DNA from: Promethearchaeia archaeon
GTDB lineage: Archaea > Asgardarchaeota > Lokiarchaeia > Sigyniarchaeales > SOKP01
Direction: 5' to 3'
NCBI GenBank assembly: GCA_029856045.1
Contig: JAHQWG010000028.1
Coordinates: 96,001 to 160,000 of the forward strand
Length of the DNA stretch: 64,000 nt
Part shown: in pieces, positions 9,515 to 20,377 of the stretch
Layout of the letters: every line of letters starts with the position of its first letter
How positions within the stretch are numbered: the stretch's first letter is position 1
Program-made: the position numbers and the translations under genes
The notes under the pieces: model-generated
What the model was told of the DNA's origin: nothing
The model's database searches: none
The model's input: the letters and a program-made list of their open reading frames with translations, nothing else

Positions 9515-10927
9515 TTATAAATTTTTAAGTTTTTCTTCATGCAATTTTGTCAATTTTATTCGATTTTCTGCTAATTGTTTTCCTTTGATGGGATAGAAAT
9601 ATAATCCAATGGCACCGATCAATAGAACAATACATGGAAAAATTCCTATTAAAAATCGAAGACCTGTTATTACATCAGCTCCTGGGTTCGGTGTGTAAGT
9701 TGACCATTCAGTGCCTGAAAATACCAAGCCAATTACTGCAAAATTAATGACCGCCGATAACCTGATAAGGAAATTGATGATTCCATAATAAATACCGGCT
9801 CGTCGTGTTCCATGCTTGATTTCATCTTCATCAATGATCTCCGCAAGACATTGGTCATAGAAATAAATAGTTGCACCCAATCCGACACCGGTGAATATCA
9901 TCACAATGAGACCCACAATATAATCTGGTGTTAACATGTAAATCAACATACACAATCCCCAAACTATCATTCCTATCATTCCAACTATGCGAGCGCCTTT
10001 TTTTTTACGCAATTTTTCCCAAAAAGGAATACTAAAAAAAGCTACTATAAAAGCCGCAAGCAAAACTAATCCTATTAGTTCTGAATCTAGCACTCCATGT
10101 ACGTGTGTCTCAAATAGAGGAATTAATGTAGGTAATAGATTAACACAGATCCAATAAGTAAGTCCAGGGATGAGAAATACTAGAAATGACTTATTTTTAA
10201 ATGTAAATTTCATTGTGTTTATAAAAGACGGTGCGGTTTCAGCATCTTTTACAAATATTTTAGGTTCTCGAAGACCCCATTTCACTGCGATGAAAAGAAA
10301 AACAACAACTATAATTGCAATAATGATTCCTGTAAGTTGATATTGACCCAATGTATCAGGAAGACCCAATTTATTTGCCATATCTTCAATAATAAGTGTA
10401 GGCATAACAAAAGCAAAGATTAATGCAATAAGAACGAACATTACACGGGTTCGCCCTACTTCACTCCTTTCTTTCATAGAAACGAACATTTCCGAAAAAA
10501 TTGCATTATAATTTAAATTAAATGCCGTGTAAACCGAGTCAAATATAATAAGTATAATCAATAAATAAATAAGATTGACTACATCGGAGTTAGCATAGAT
10601 AGGGGGTGTAAAAAGTAAAATCATTATAATCGCTAGTGGAATAATAGCACCGACCATCCATGGAGTTCTGCGTCCCCACTTAGATTGTGTCCGATCAGAA
10701 AGATAACCAATGAGCGGATCATTAATACTATTCCATATACTCCAAAGGATAAAAGCTAGACTAATCCATAGAACTGGCAATCCAATCACAGTGAAATAGA
10801 AAAGAAAAATCAAAAATGAAAAACTCTGGTAGGCAACATTATCTCCAACTTCAGCAAGAGAGTAAGCCAATTTCATACGAGAATCTTTTCGAGGTTTCAC
10901 TTCGTTCTTAGAGTTCATTTCGTTCAT
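9515..10927 (-). CDS. MFS transporter, glycoside-pentoside-hexuronide (MelB-like) family
   Basis: WNSINDPLIGYLSDRTQSKWGRRTPW, RRAGIYYG, about 12 TM segments. Confidence 0.9.
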   Translation of the reverse strand: MNEMNSKNEVKPRKDSRMKLAYSLAEVGDNVAYQSFSFLIFLFYFTVIGLPVLWISLAFILWSIWNSINDPLIGYLSDRTQSKWGRRTPWMVGAIIPLAIIMILLFTPPIYANSDVVNLIYLLIILIIFDSVYTAFNLNYNAIFSEMFVSMKERSEVGRTRVMFVLIALIFAFVMPTLIIEDMANKLGLPDTLGQYQLTGIIIAIIVVVFLFIAVKWGLREPKIFVKDAETAPSFINTMKFTFKNKSFLVFLIPGLTYWICVNLLPTLIPLFETHVHGVLDSELIGLVLLAAFIVAFFSIPFWEKLRKKKGARIVGMIGMIVWGLCMLIYMLTPDYIVGLIVMIFTGVGLGATIYFYDQCLAEIIDEDEIKHGTRRAGIYYGIINFLIRLSAVINFAVIGLVFSGTEWSTYTPNPGADVITGLRFLIGIFPCIVLLIGAIGLYFYPIKGKQLAENRIKLTKLHEEKLKNL

Positions 10928-11086
10928 TTTTTTAACCTTTTTTTTTATAAATATTTTGAATCATAATGATTAAATTTTAAAAATTAATTATATTTTAACT
11001 CTTTGATTAATATCAATATAAATATTTGCTAAAAAAAGAGACTATATAAGATCCAGAAACGAAAAAATAGAAAAAATAAATAATAT

Positions 11087-12295
11087 TTAAGTAATTTTTT
11101 TCTCTTTTAAGAAGAATGCTAGAATGGATATAACAATGAGCAATATGGATTGTATTATCAAAACAAGAAAATAATCACCGTTGAGCAATTTCAAACCTTC
11201 GAAACCGAGGATAAAAATAACTCCTCCTATTTGTCCAAACATTAATAAAAATCCGTTTGAACTTGCTTCTGAAACGGGGCTTGTAATATCTATAGCGTAT
11301 TCTAAAGCAACTGGTGCAGCGGAGATTAAACCGAATCCAAAAAGAAAACCGAAGAGATATAATAAATTTTCATCATATGCAAATAAAATAATGAATAGAG
11401 AAATAGTTGCAATTATACACGATAAAATTATTAGAATTTCTCGTTTCTTGAATTTATCTGATAAAATAGACATTACTAAACATCCAATGATGCCACCTAT
11501 TAAAATTATACTTCTAAATATACCTGTAAATATGGCATCATAACCTCTAGGTACAAAAATTTTTTCTATATATATCGTTATTGTATGAGAGACGCCAAGT
11601 CCAATGAGAAAAACGATAACTAATATTAGAAATTTTTTATTTGTAAATAGTTTTTTAAGACCTGCAAAAATAAATACCTTTTCTTCTGAAATTTCTTTTG
11701 AAGGTGGACTAGGAGGTTTATCTTTCACAAAAATTATGAAAAGTAAACCTGATATTAAGGCTATTACCCCATAAATCGATAGCATGGCTTGGAAACTAAT
11801 GTCTTCGACAATAAATGGTGTTATAAAAAAGCCTAAAGCGATGCCAAGGAACTGTGAAATTAATGAAATCCCAGTTGCAGTTGTGCGTTCTGATTCTGGA
11901 AACCAGTTTGCAGATAATTTGGTAACACTATTTAACATAAAAGGCTGACCAATTGCAATTCCTATTTGAAATATTAAAACAAGCATAAAATCACCCATTG
12001 TAAAGATACGTAAAAACCCAAAGATTGCTGCAAGTAATGCTCCAAGTCCAGCTCCGATTTTAAAGCCAAATTTATCAATCACCCATGATGCGAGAAATGT
12101 AACTGGGATATAGACAACCATAAATGTCATTGACAATAAATAAATTGATAATTCATCGACGCCATAAAATGTCATTGCAGAAGAGGTTACAGCTGCAAAA
12201 CTTATCCAGAGAATTTGAATTACTATGTTTGAGAACATAAATAATAACAGAATAGTCCAACGCATTAAGTATATTTGTACTTCTTTATAAGTCAT
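11087..12295 (-). CDS. MFS transporter (FLVCR/SLC49-like)
   Basis: WVIDKFG, GQPF, KLSANWFPESERTTAT, ITSPVSEASSNG. Confidence 0.85.
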   Translation of the reverse strand: MTYKEVQIYLMRWTILLLFMFSNIVIQILWISFAAVTSSAMTFYGVDELSIYLLSMTFMVVYIPVTFLASWVIDKFGFKIGAGLGALLAAIFGFLRIFTMGDFMLVLIFQIGIAIGQPFMLNSVTKLSANWFPESERTTATGISLISQFLGIALGFFITPFIVEDISFQAMLSIYGVIALISGLLFIIFVKDKPPSPPSKEISEEKVFIFAGLKKLFTNKKFLILVIVFLIGLGVSHTITIYIEKIFVPRGYDAIFTGIFRSIILIGGIIGCLVMSILSDKFKKREILIILSCIIATISLFIILFAYDENLLYLFGFLFGFGLISAAPVALEYAIDITSPVSEASSNGFLLMFGQIGGVIFILGFEGLKLLNGDYFLVLIIQSILLIVISILAFFLKEKKIT

Positions 12296-12594
12296 AATTT
12301 TTCATCAATTTAATGGATATAATTATATTTTTTAAATTAAATTATATTTAAATTAACAATATATTTAATGTTGTAAATAAATTTTTATTAAAAACAAATT
12401 CTGAATTACCTTGAAGTTAAAAATTAAAGATCCAAAAAACCCAATATCTAAAAGGTTTTGAGATAATTATTTCTAAGGGAGAAATTGAAAAAAGAGATTA
12501 CGAGAAATTAATATTTCTAAAATTCAAAACTGAGGGTATTCATACAATCAAAATCATAAAAAAAGCCTGAATAAAAAAATTCTTTTTATTTTTT

Positions 12595-13335
12595 CTATTT
12601 CCCCAATCGGCGAGTTCTTCTTAGGTATTCTCTAATATCTTTTATCAGCATTTCCTCATTATAATCAGGCCAAAAATCGTCGCGAAATCTAAACTCTGCG
12701 TATGAAGCATCCCACAATAAAAATCCTGAAATTCTTTTGCCATCTTTCATTCCTGTCCGGATAATGTAATCTAATTCGGGAAAATCTTTAGTGTATAAAT
12801 AATTTTTAATTAAATCAATATTTACATCCTTTGGGTCTATCTTATCCTCCAAGATTGATTTTACTGCGTCGATTATCTCTAATCTCCCATCATACATTAT
12901 GCATATATTCAAAAATTTTTGGTCGTGGTCTTTTGTCTTTTCAATAAGTTCATTAATTTTTTTTCTTACATCAAGTGGCAATAGTGATAATCTACCGATT
13001 ACATTTATTCGAACTTTCTCTTCTTTTATAACCGGATCGTTGCTGATAATATCAATTACATTAATAATCAAACCATAAATATACTGAAGTTCTTGGGGAC
13101 TTCGTTTTTTAACGTTTTCATTTGATAATGCAAAGATGCTTAAATATTTAATACCCAGATCTAACAAGCTAAATAATATTTTCCTTAAAGTTTCATACCC
13201 TGCCAAGTGTCCCAAATTAACATTAAGATTTCTTTTTTTTGCCCATCGGCGATTTCCATCAAGAATAAGTCCAATATGTCTGGGTAATTTGCCCTTTGCT
13301 TCTTTTTTCAATTTTTCCAAGCTGTTTGCCACCAA
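12595..13335 (-). CDS. uppS: cis-prenyltransferase (undecaprenyl/polyprenyl diphosphate synthase)
   Basis: HIGLILDGNRRWA, LSNEN, YDGRLEI, IIRTG...RISGFLLW, WPDY, RRLGK. Confidence 0.92.
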   Translation of the reverse strand: MVANSLEKLKKEAKGKLPRHIGLILDGNRRWAKKRNLNVNLGHLAGYETLRKILFSLLDLGIKYLSIFALSNENVKKRSPQELQYIYGLIINVIDIISNDPVIKEEKVRINVIGRLSLLPLDVRKKINELIEKTKDHDQKFLNICIMYDGRLEIIDAVKSILEDKIDPKDVNIDLIKNYLYTKDFPELDYIIRTGMKDGKRISGFLLWDASYAEFRFRDDFWPDYNEEMLIKDIREYLRRTRRLGK

Positions 13336-13615
13336 GATATAATAAATAAATTATACTAAAAAATTTTAATATCTTTTCTAAATGGATACAGTAATCAATT
13401 AATCGAATTTTGATTTAAAATTTAACTTTTTAACATTATTAATAATATGAACAGTTTAAATTATTAAAATTAAGAGAATTTTTAAAATAGATGTTATCCT
13501 TAAGAAAAACAATTATTAAAATCATGTTTTATTTTAATAAATAATTGTTTATATATTTCACATTTTTTTTCGAAGAAAAAAAGAAATTAAACAATAAAGA
13601 AGTGAGAAGATTTCT

Positions 13616-15259
13616 ATGAAGAATGGTAAAATTCAGTTTAGCGATATAGGAATCGACTCTATTGGTTTTTATGCACCAAGATTTTGCTTAGATTTAAAAG
13701 ATCTTGCAATTTTACGGAAAGTTGATCCAAATAAATATAAAAAGGGATTGCTTTTAAAAGAGATGAGATTCCCTGAAATTGGTGAAGATATTGTATCAAT
13801 GGGTTTAAAAGCCGCTCATAATGCTTTAATTAGGGGTCGTATTGAGCCAAAAAATATTGATGCCGTATTTGTTGGAACTGAAACAATAACTTATGCTGTT
13901 AAATCAGTTTCAAATATACTTGCTCAATTATTAGGGATTTCAATAAATTCTTTAACTCAAGATGTATATAATGCTTGTGCTGCAGCTACACTTGCTATAC
14001 TTAATGCAATTGCTTTAATCGAAAAAGATGTAATTAAAAGAGCATTAGTAATTGGAGCCGATGTGTCTTCCTACAATTTAGGTAGTCCTGGAGAGCCCAC
14101 ACAAGGAGCAGGTGCAGTTGCTTTAGTTTTATCCAAAAATCCACGAATTGCGACCTTTAGTAAGAAATTTGGAAAAATTTCAGGAAATGTTAATGATTTT
14201 TATAGACCTGTTAATAAAGAAGTTCCAACTGTATTTGGACGATATTCTGTTGATTCTTATCTTAATTTTCAATTGGGAGCATTTGATGATTTAACCAAGA
14301 ATATTGGTGATTTTTATGCGGACTACTATGTATTTCACGCTCCTTATTCGAAACTCGCATTAAAATGTATGCAACAAATAATTCTTAAGCGGTGGACTGC
14401 GAAAATACGTGACGTATTAAAAGTTGAACCTAATCATATAAGAGCTTCAATAGCTCGAAAAATTAATGACTTTTTCCAAAATATAAGCATTATTCCTGAA
14501 TTTATTTCCGTTAAATTGAAAGATAAAGGTTTTGCATTAACCCAGTTAGACCATCTCAAAAATTGGGTGCTTGCAAATATCAAAAATAGAGTAATACCTC
14601 AATTAAGGGTTCCTCAACATTTTGGGAATATGTATAGTGCCTCAGTATGGGCTCAAATATTATATATTTTTGAGAATTTTTCTCGTGTGAATGATACAAT
14701 TTATTTTGGATCCTATGGTTCAGGAGCAACTTGTATTACTGGTTTGTTAAAAGTTCAACCAAGATTTCATAGTGTTGTTAAAAGAAAACCACAAATAAAT
14801 GATTATTTTAAGATAAAGGAACTTAAAAGTGCTGAAGAATACGAGCAAATAAAGCAAGGTCTATTAACTCCACGTATTAGCTTGGGACATATAGAGGAAT
14901 ATCAAAAAAATAAAGCAAAAGGTTTTACACTGCATTTTTGTGATGAAGGATGTATAATTCCACACATGGAGGGATTAAATTATTGTCCTAAAGGGCATTC
15001 TGGTTTTTATACGAAGTTTTTCCCACTATTTGCGGTGTTAATTTCTGATCCGATAGATGCAAATGGAAATAACCTTAGGTTTCTAAAAGAGGATTTAGTA
15101 AGAATTCAAGGTTACCCAAAAATCGGAAATCTTTTAGAATGTGAGATGCGCCGTGTTGAAAGTACATTTGAAGATCAATCATTAAGTAGTGGATTGTTAA
15201 ACTGGACCCCTACTTATATTCCTTTAGATAAATCAGTTTATCATTACATTCAGCCTTAG
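13616..15259 (+). CDS. hydroxymethylglutaryl-CoA synthase with C-terminal DUF35-like (zinc ribbon/OB) extension
   Basis: VGTET (Glu), NACAAA (Cys), EPTQGAGAVA, FHAPY (His), GNMYSAS, GSYGSG; extra C-terminal CxxxC...CPKGH...KIGNLLECEMRR. Confidence 0.88.
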   Translation: MKNGKIQFSDIGIDSIGFYAPRFCLDLKDLAILRKVDPNKYKKGLLLKEMRFPEIGEDIVSMGLKAAHNALIRGRIEPKNIDAVFVGTETITYAVKSVSNILAQLLGISINSLTQDVYNACAAATLAILNAIALIEKDVIKRALVIGADVSSYNLGSPGEPTQGAGAVALVLSKNPRIATFSKKFGKISGNVNDFYRPVNKEVPTVFGRYSVDSYLNFQLGAFDDLTKNIGDFYADYYVFHAPYSKLALKCMQQIILKRWTAKIRDVLKVEPNHIRASIARKINDFFQNISIIPEFISVKLKDKGFALTQLDHLKNWVLANIKNRVIPQLRVPQHFGNMYSASVWAQILYIFENFSRVNDTIYFGSYGSGATCITGLLKVQPRFHSVVKRKPQINDYFKIKELKSAEEYEQIKQGLLTPRISLGHIEEYQKNKAKGFTLHFCDEGCIIPHMEGLNYCPKGHSGFYTKFFPLFAVLISDPIDANGNNLRFLKEDLVRIQGYPKIGNLLECEMRRVESTFEDQSLSSGLLNWTPTYIPLDKSVYHYIQP

Positions 15260-15264
15260 GGTCA

Positions 15265-16473
15265 ATGATGTTTAAAAATGTTCCCAAATCTATTGCAAAT
15301 CAATTAAAAAACGACCATAATGAGATTTTAAACTATCTAATTAAAAGGAATTATAATATTCATTCTCTCCCTACAAACAGAAAGGCAATATCTAAAGAGG
15401 GAGAAGCATATACACTGGCATATCCTATTCAAGGAGTACTTAAATATCATGGGTTAGTAAGTAAAGAACACCGAATCTCTTATTTTCCCAGTGTTTCTTT
15501 TAATAATAATGCAGGTTTTACAGTCACTTATTTAAAATTTGATAAGCAATTAAAAGAAGATATTGCAATTTTAAATGGAGAAAAATTATCAAACAATAAT
15601 TTAAAGAGAATTGTAATTTCTTTAGATCTAATTAGAGAATATTCAAAAATTAAGGTAAAAGCTTTATTAATTTCAAGTAATTTTTTAAATTCTTCGCATA
15701 AATTGTTAACTGGTAAAGGATTAGGAACATCTGCTTCTGGATCTGCAGCTCTTGCTTTAGCTGCAATTTCGGTATTATATAACAATGAATCAGAATATAT
15801 TGAAAATAATCGATTAATTAGCTTATTTTCTAGATATTTAGCTGGATCTGGAACACGTAGTGCCGCAGGAGGATTCGCACTTTGGTTGAGTCATCCTACA
15901 ATAGATCCATTTGACTGTTTTGCAATCCGCCTTGATAGAGAAGAACACAAAAAATTTGTTAATAAAATTTCCCTTATAACTATTCCAATCAATTCTGATT
16001 TAAAAACCGAACAGGTTCATAAGATTGCCCCAAAATCGCCTTTTTTTCCTTCTTGGTTAAAAGAACGGAAAAGAAAGGTTTTTGATTTCTTTTACGCATT
16101 AGATAATTGTGATTTGAATAAAATTGGAGAATTAGCGGAATATGATACAATGTGTTTGCATTTAATAACAATGACTGCCCAACAAAAACAAAATATTATT
16201 GCTTGGAAACCAGATACTCTAGCGATTATGCTTCGAGTTCAAGAACTACGTGCATCCGGTTATAATGTATATTTTTCAATCGATACGGGTCCTTCAGTGG
16301 TATTATTAACATATAAAAATGAAAAAAATAGTTTAATTAATAATTTAAAAGATTTAAATCCAAATTTTGACATTATTGAGGGACAAATTGGAGGAGCAAG
16401 TAAGTTAATTCATGCTAATTCTCCCAATGCTCAACTGCTAAAAGAAGATATAAATAAATTTAATATTTCTTAA
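15265..16473 (+). CDS. mvaD: GHMP-family mevalonate decarboxylase, phosphomevalonate decarboxylase type
   Basis: YPIQGVLKYHG N-terminal motif, GLGTSASGSAALA, AGSGTRS, SIDTGPS. Confidence 0.85.
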   Translation: MMFKNVPKSIANQLKNDHNEILNYLIKRNYNIHSLPTNRKAISKEGEAYTLAYPIQGVLKYHGLVSKEHRISYFPSVSFNNNAGFTVTYLKFDKQLKEDIAILNGEKLSNNNLKRIVISLDLIREYSKIKVKALLISSNFLNSSHKLLTGKGLGTSASGSAALALAAISVLYNNESEYIENNRLISLFSRYLAGSGTRSAAGGFALWLSHPTIDPFDCFAIRLDREEHKKFVNKISLITIPINSDLKTEQVHKIAPKSPFFPSWLKERKRKVFDFFYALDNCDLNKIGELAEYDTMCLHLITMTAQQKQNIIAWKPDTLAIMLRVQELRASGYNVYFSIDTGPSVVLLTYKNEKNSLINNLKDLNPNFDIIEGQIGGASKLIHANSPNAQLLKEDINKFNIS

Positions 16474-16490
16474 ATTATATATGTAAAATA

Positions 16491-17771
16491 ATGAATGATA
16501 TCAACTCTAATATTCCTGGATTTTATAAATTATCAATTGATGAACGTCAACAAGTAATAACTAAACTTGTTAATCTTAATACAGAAGATCTTAAGTTGTT
16601 AAAAAATTATGGATATATTTCTCCTTCTCAACTAGATACATTAATAGAAAACGTTATAGGAAGCTTTCACTTACCACTTGGTATTGCCTGTAATTTTAAA
16701 ATTAATAATAAAGATTACATAATACCAATGGTTATTGAAGAACCATCTGTTGTGGCTGCAGCTTCAAACGCTGCAAAAATTGCGAGAAAATTAGGTGGTT
16801 TCTATTCTGAAAAAGTCAAGTCAATTATGTTTTCTCAGATACAAATCACGAATATAAAAGATATTAAAACTGCAAAAGACAATATTCAAAAAAATAAGGA
16901 AACTATCCTAAAAATTGCAAATGAACAGGATCCCTTGTTAGTAAGTTTAAATGGTGGAGCAATTGATCTTGAAATTCGGGAAATATCAACAAGAAAAGGA
17001 CCCATGTTAATTATCCATTTATTAGTTAACGTTTTGGATGCAATGGGCGCAAATGTCGTAAATACCATGGCAGAAGCGGTGGCTCCATATTTAGAAGATA
17101 TTTGTAATGGTCATATTTATTTACGAATTTTATCTAACTTAGCGATACATCGTCTTGCAAGGTGTAGAGCTGTTTTTGATAAAGAGTTATTAGGTGGAGA
17201 TAAGGTAGTTGAGGGAATAATAAATGCTTATGAATTTGCACTCGCTGATCCTTTCAGAGCAACAACGCATAATAAAGGTATAATGAACGGAATTATAGCT
17301 TTAACAATGGCTACAGGAAATGATACCCGCGCTATTGAAGCTGGGGCTCATGCATTTGCGGCATTAAGTGGAAATTATTCTCCTTTGACAAAATTTCAAG
17401 TTGATTCAGATGGAAACTTAGTTGGAGAAATAGAATTACCTCTTGCTCTTGGCATTATAGGGGGTATGACTAAAATACATCCAATGGCGCGGTTAGCGTT
17501 AAAGATTTTGGATATTAAAAGTGCTAATGAGCTTTCTCAAGTAGCTGCGGCTCTTGGCTTGGCTCAAAATGTAGCTGCTCTAAGGGCTTTGGCTTCAGAG
17601 GGAATTCAGAAAGGACATATGTCCCTACATTCGAGAAATATTGCAAAACTGGCGGGTGTACCTGAAGAATTAATAGAAAAAGTTGCACAAAAGTTAGTGG
17701 AAGATAAAAAAATTAGAGTTGATTATGCGAAAGAAATATTGCAAAAAATAATTGATGGTGAAAACCTTTAG
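16491..17771 (+). CDS. mvaA: class II (bacterial-type) HMG-CoA reductase
   Basis: ENVIG, EEPSVVAAAS, DAMGAN, ILSNL, THNKGIMNG, GNDTRA, GIQKGHMSLH. Confidence 0.93.
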   Translation: MNDINSNIPGFYKLSIDERQQVITKLVNLNTEDLKLLKNYGYISPSQLDTLIENVIGSFHLPLGIACNFKINNKDYIIPMVIEEPSVVAAASNAAKIARKLGGFYSEKVKSIMFSQIQITNIKDIKTAKDNIQKNKETILKIANEQDPLLVSLNGGAIDLEIREISTRKGPMLIIHLLVNVLDAMGANVVNTMAEAVAPYLEDICNGHIYLRILSNLAIHRLARCRAVFDKELLGGDKVVEGIINAYEFALADPFRATTHNKGIMNGIIALTMATGNDTRAIEAGAHAFAALSGNYSPLTKFQVDSDGNLVGEIELPLALGIIGGMTKIHPMARLALKILDIKSANELSQVAAALGLAQNVAALRALASEGIQKGHMSLHSRNIAKLAGVPEELIEKVAQKLVEDKKIRVDYAKEILQKIIDGENL

Positions 17772-17862
17772 TTTTTAAAATTTGTTAATTTAACTTTTCT
17801 AAAAAAAGATAATAATGTAAATAATTGTATTATTAAAAATAAGTCTTAGATGATTGAAATTT

Positions 17863-19164
17863 ATGGGATTTAGAGAATATATAAATCAAATTGATGAGAA
17901 AGGCCTTCTTCGAAAGGTGGACATTGAAGTATCTAAGAAATTAGAGATCTCTGGAATTTTAAAAGAGATTGAACCAACCCCAGTAATGTTTAATAATATT
18001 AAAGGATCGGAATTTCGCGTGATTGGAAATTTATTCTGTACTAAGAATGTAATTGCTTCATATTTCGACGTATCTCCGGCAGATCTCATACCAATGCTTT
18101 CTAAAGCGATAACTGAACGCTCAGAACCAGAGATCGTGTCAAACGCCCCTTGTCAAGAGATAATAGAATCAAGCGTAGATTTAGATAAATTACCAATTTT
18201 ATTCCATTGCGAAAAGGACGGCGGAAATTACATTAGTTCCGCAGTTGTTATCACTAGAGATCCTGATTATGGACAAAACCTGGACTTTCATAGAGCCATG
18301 CAGTTTTCCAAAGATAAATTTGCTACTCGAATAGTTAGAGGTCGTCATTTTCATAAATTTTTAGAAAAAAATGGTGAACTAGAAGTCGCTTTTTGTATTG
18401 GAAATAGCCCTAACATTCTTATTGCAGGAGCAACTTCTGTGGATATTGGAGTTGATGAATTGCATATTGCAAATGCATTAGAATCAATAAAAGTTGTTAA
18501 AGCAAATTCAGTTGATCTTTTAATTCCTGCAGAAGCTGAATTTGTTTTAGAAGGAAGGGTCTATATGGAAGAAAACCATGCTGAGGGTCCCTTTGTCGAT
18601 TTGACAGAAACCTATGATGTTATAAGAGAAGAACCTATTTTTGAAGTTAAAAAAATCACACATAGAAAAGATGCGATTTGGCAAGCCTTATTACCGGGGG
18701 CGCTTGAACATAAAATATTAATGGGTATGCCAAGAGAACCAACGATTTTTAATAAAGTGAATGAAACAGGAGTTAAATGCTTAGATGTTAATATAAATCC
18801 TGGGGGATGCTCCTGGTTACATGCAATTGTGCAAATTGATAAAAAATCAGAAGAAGATGGAAAAAAAGCTATTAATGGTGCTTTTACTGGCCATACTAGT
18901 TGTAAACACGTGTTTATTGTAGATAAAGATATTGATATTTATAATCCATTATCTGTGGAATGGGCAATGGCAACTCGCTTTCAAGGTGATATTAGAATGA
19001 TTATTAAAGATAAAGAACCAGGAAGTAGTTTAGATCCTAGCGCAGAGCCAGGTACAAAAATGACAACTAAAATTGGATTTGATTTAACAAAACCACTTGT
19101 AGTTAAAGGAAAGAGCTTTGATATAGCGGATTTCCCAAAAGTAGACTTGAACAAATATTTTTAA
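17863..19164 (+). CDS. UbiD-family decarboxylase; likely anhydromevalonate phosphate decarboxylase
   Basis: EGPFVDLTETYD, EHKILMGMPRE, VDKDIDIY...VEWAMATR, GSSLDPS; lies directly upstream of aconitase X genes inside a mevalonate operon; ATG at 17863 preferred. Confidence 0.85.
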   Translation: MGFREYINQIDEKGLLRKVDIEVSKKLEISGILKEIEPTPVMFNNIKGSEFRVIGNLFCTKNVIASYFDVSPADLIPMLSKAITERSEPEIVSNAPCQEIIESSVDLDKLPILFHCEKDGGNYISSAVVITRDPDYGQNLDFHRAMQFSKDKFATRIVRGRHFHKFLEKNGELEVAFCIGNSPNILIAGATSVDIGVDELHIANALESIKVVKANSVDLLIPAEAEFVLEGRVYMEENHAEGPFVDLTETYDVIREEPIFEVKKITHRKDAIWQALLPGALEHKILMGMPREPTIFNKVNETGVKCLDVNINPGGCSWLHAIVQIDKKSEEDGKKAINGAFTGHTSCKHVFIVDKDIDIYNPLSVEWAMATRFQGDIRMIIKDKEPGSSLDPSAEPGTKMTTKIGFDLTKPLVVKGKSFDIADFPKVDLNKYF

Positions 19165-19177
19165 TATAGAGGAGTCG

Positions 19178-20377
19178 ATGAGATTGAAATTAACATCAGA
19201 AGAAAAAGAGATGTTGGAAGGTAAGCAAGGAAGATCTGCTCAAAAATCCATGGAGATATTAACCACATTAGGTGAAATATTTGATGCAGAATGTATGATT
19301 GAGGTTTATAGCGTGCAAATAGCAGGAGTTTCCTATGCAAATTTAGGGGAAGCAGGTCTAGAATTTTTAAATGAGATGGCAGAAGATGGAAAGGTTAGGG
19401 TTTTAACAACTTTAAATCCAGCTGGAATGGACCGAGAAAATTGGCAAGCTTTAGGAATTGAAGAAGAATTTGCTATTAATCAAAACCGTGCTATAGATGC
19501 TTTTGCAAAAATGGGTATAATTACAACATGTTCTTGTACACCATATTTAATAGGAAATGTACCTCACTTTGGTCAGCATATTGCTTGGGCTGAGAGTAGT
19601 GCTGTCTGCTATTCAAATTCTGTCATTGGTGCTCGAACAAATCGTGAAGGTGGTCCGAGTGCGCTAGCTGCTGCTTTAACTGGAAAAACACCAAAATATG
19701 GTTATCATCTAGACAAAAATCGTCATGGACAGGTCTTATTTGAAGTTAAGGTTCCAGTGAAAGGTACAGATGAATTTGGCGTGTTAGGAAAAATAATTGG
19801 GGATAAATTGGTTGAATTAGGAAAGAAAATACCTTATATTACTGGAATTTCTTCAGCAACAGTTGAGGAACTTAAGTCATTTTGCGCTTCAGTGGCTACT
19901 TATGGAGGTACAGCATTATTTCATATGGAAGGCATAACCCCAGAATATAATATGTATCCTAAGCCAAAAGATGATATTTTTGAAATTAATCAGGATAACC
20001 TTAATAAAACTCGGTCTGATCTTATTGATGATGATATTGAAATTGATTTCGTTAGTATTGGGTGTCCTCACGCTTCAATTCACGAAATAGCAACAATTGC
20101 AAGTTTATTGAAAGGTAATAAAGTAAATAAAGAATTTTGGATTACTACTGCTCGACCTACAAAAAGAATTGCAGATGAAGCTGGCTATTCTAAAATTATT
20201 GAGGATGCTGGGGCCAAATTCGCTTCAGATACATGTTGTGTTGTAGCTCCTATTAAAGGTCGCTTTAAAGGAATTATGGTAGATTCAGCTAAAGCGTGTT
20301 ATTATGGCCGTGCAAAGAATAAATTTAAAGTAAAAATTGGCTCAATCGAAAAATGTGTTGAGGAGGCGGTAAAATGA
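19178..20377 (+). CDS. aconitase X catalytic subunit; likely phosphomevalonate dehydratase large subunit
   Basis: GVSYANLG, TLNPAG, TCSCTPY, AWAESSA, GARTNREG, IGCPH, DTC; SD-like GAGGAG upstream. Confidence 0.88.
   Translation: MRLKLTSEEKEMLEGKQGRSAQKSMEILTTLGEIFDAECMIEVYSVQIAGVSYANLGEAGLEFLNEMAEDGKVRVLTTLNPAGMDRENWQALGIEEEFAINQNRAIDAFAKMGIITTCSCTPYLIGNVPHFGQHIAWAESSAVCYSNSVIGARTNREGGPSALAAALTGKTPKYGYHLDKNRHGQVLFEVKVPVKGTDEFGVLGKIIGDKLVELGKKIPYITGISSATVEELKSFCASVATYGGTALFHMEGITPEYNMYPKPKDDIFEINQDNLNKTRSDLIDDDIEIDFVSIGCPHASIHEIATIASLLKGNKVNKEFWITTARPTKRIADEAGYSKIIEDAGAKFASDTCCVVAPIKGRFKGIMVDSAKACYYGRAKNKFKVKIGSIEKCVEEAVK

Noticed and set aside
12405-12570. Coding-like stretch (..YLKGFEIIISKGEIEKRDYEKLIFLKFKTEGIHTIKIIKKA*)
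   Set aside because: Possible gene remnant, but no start and no family recognised.
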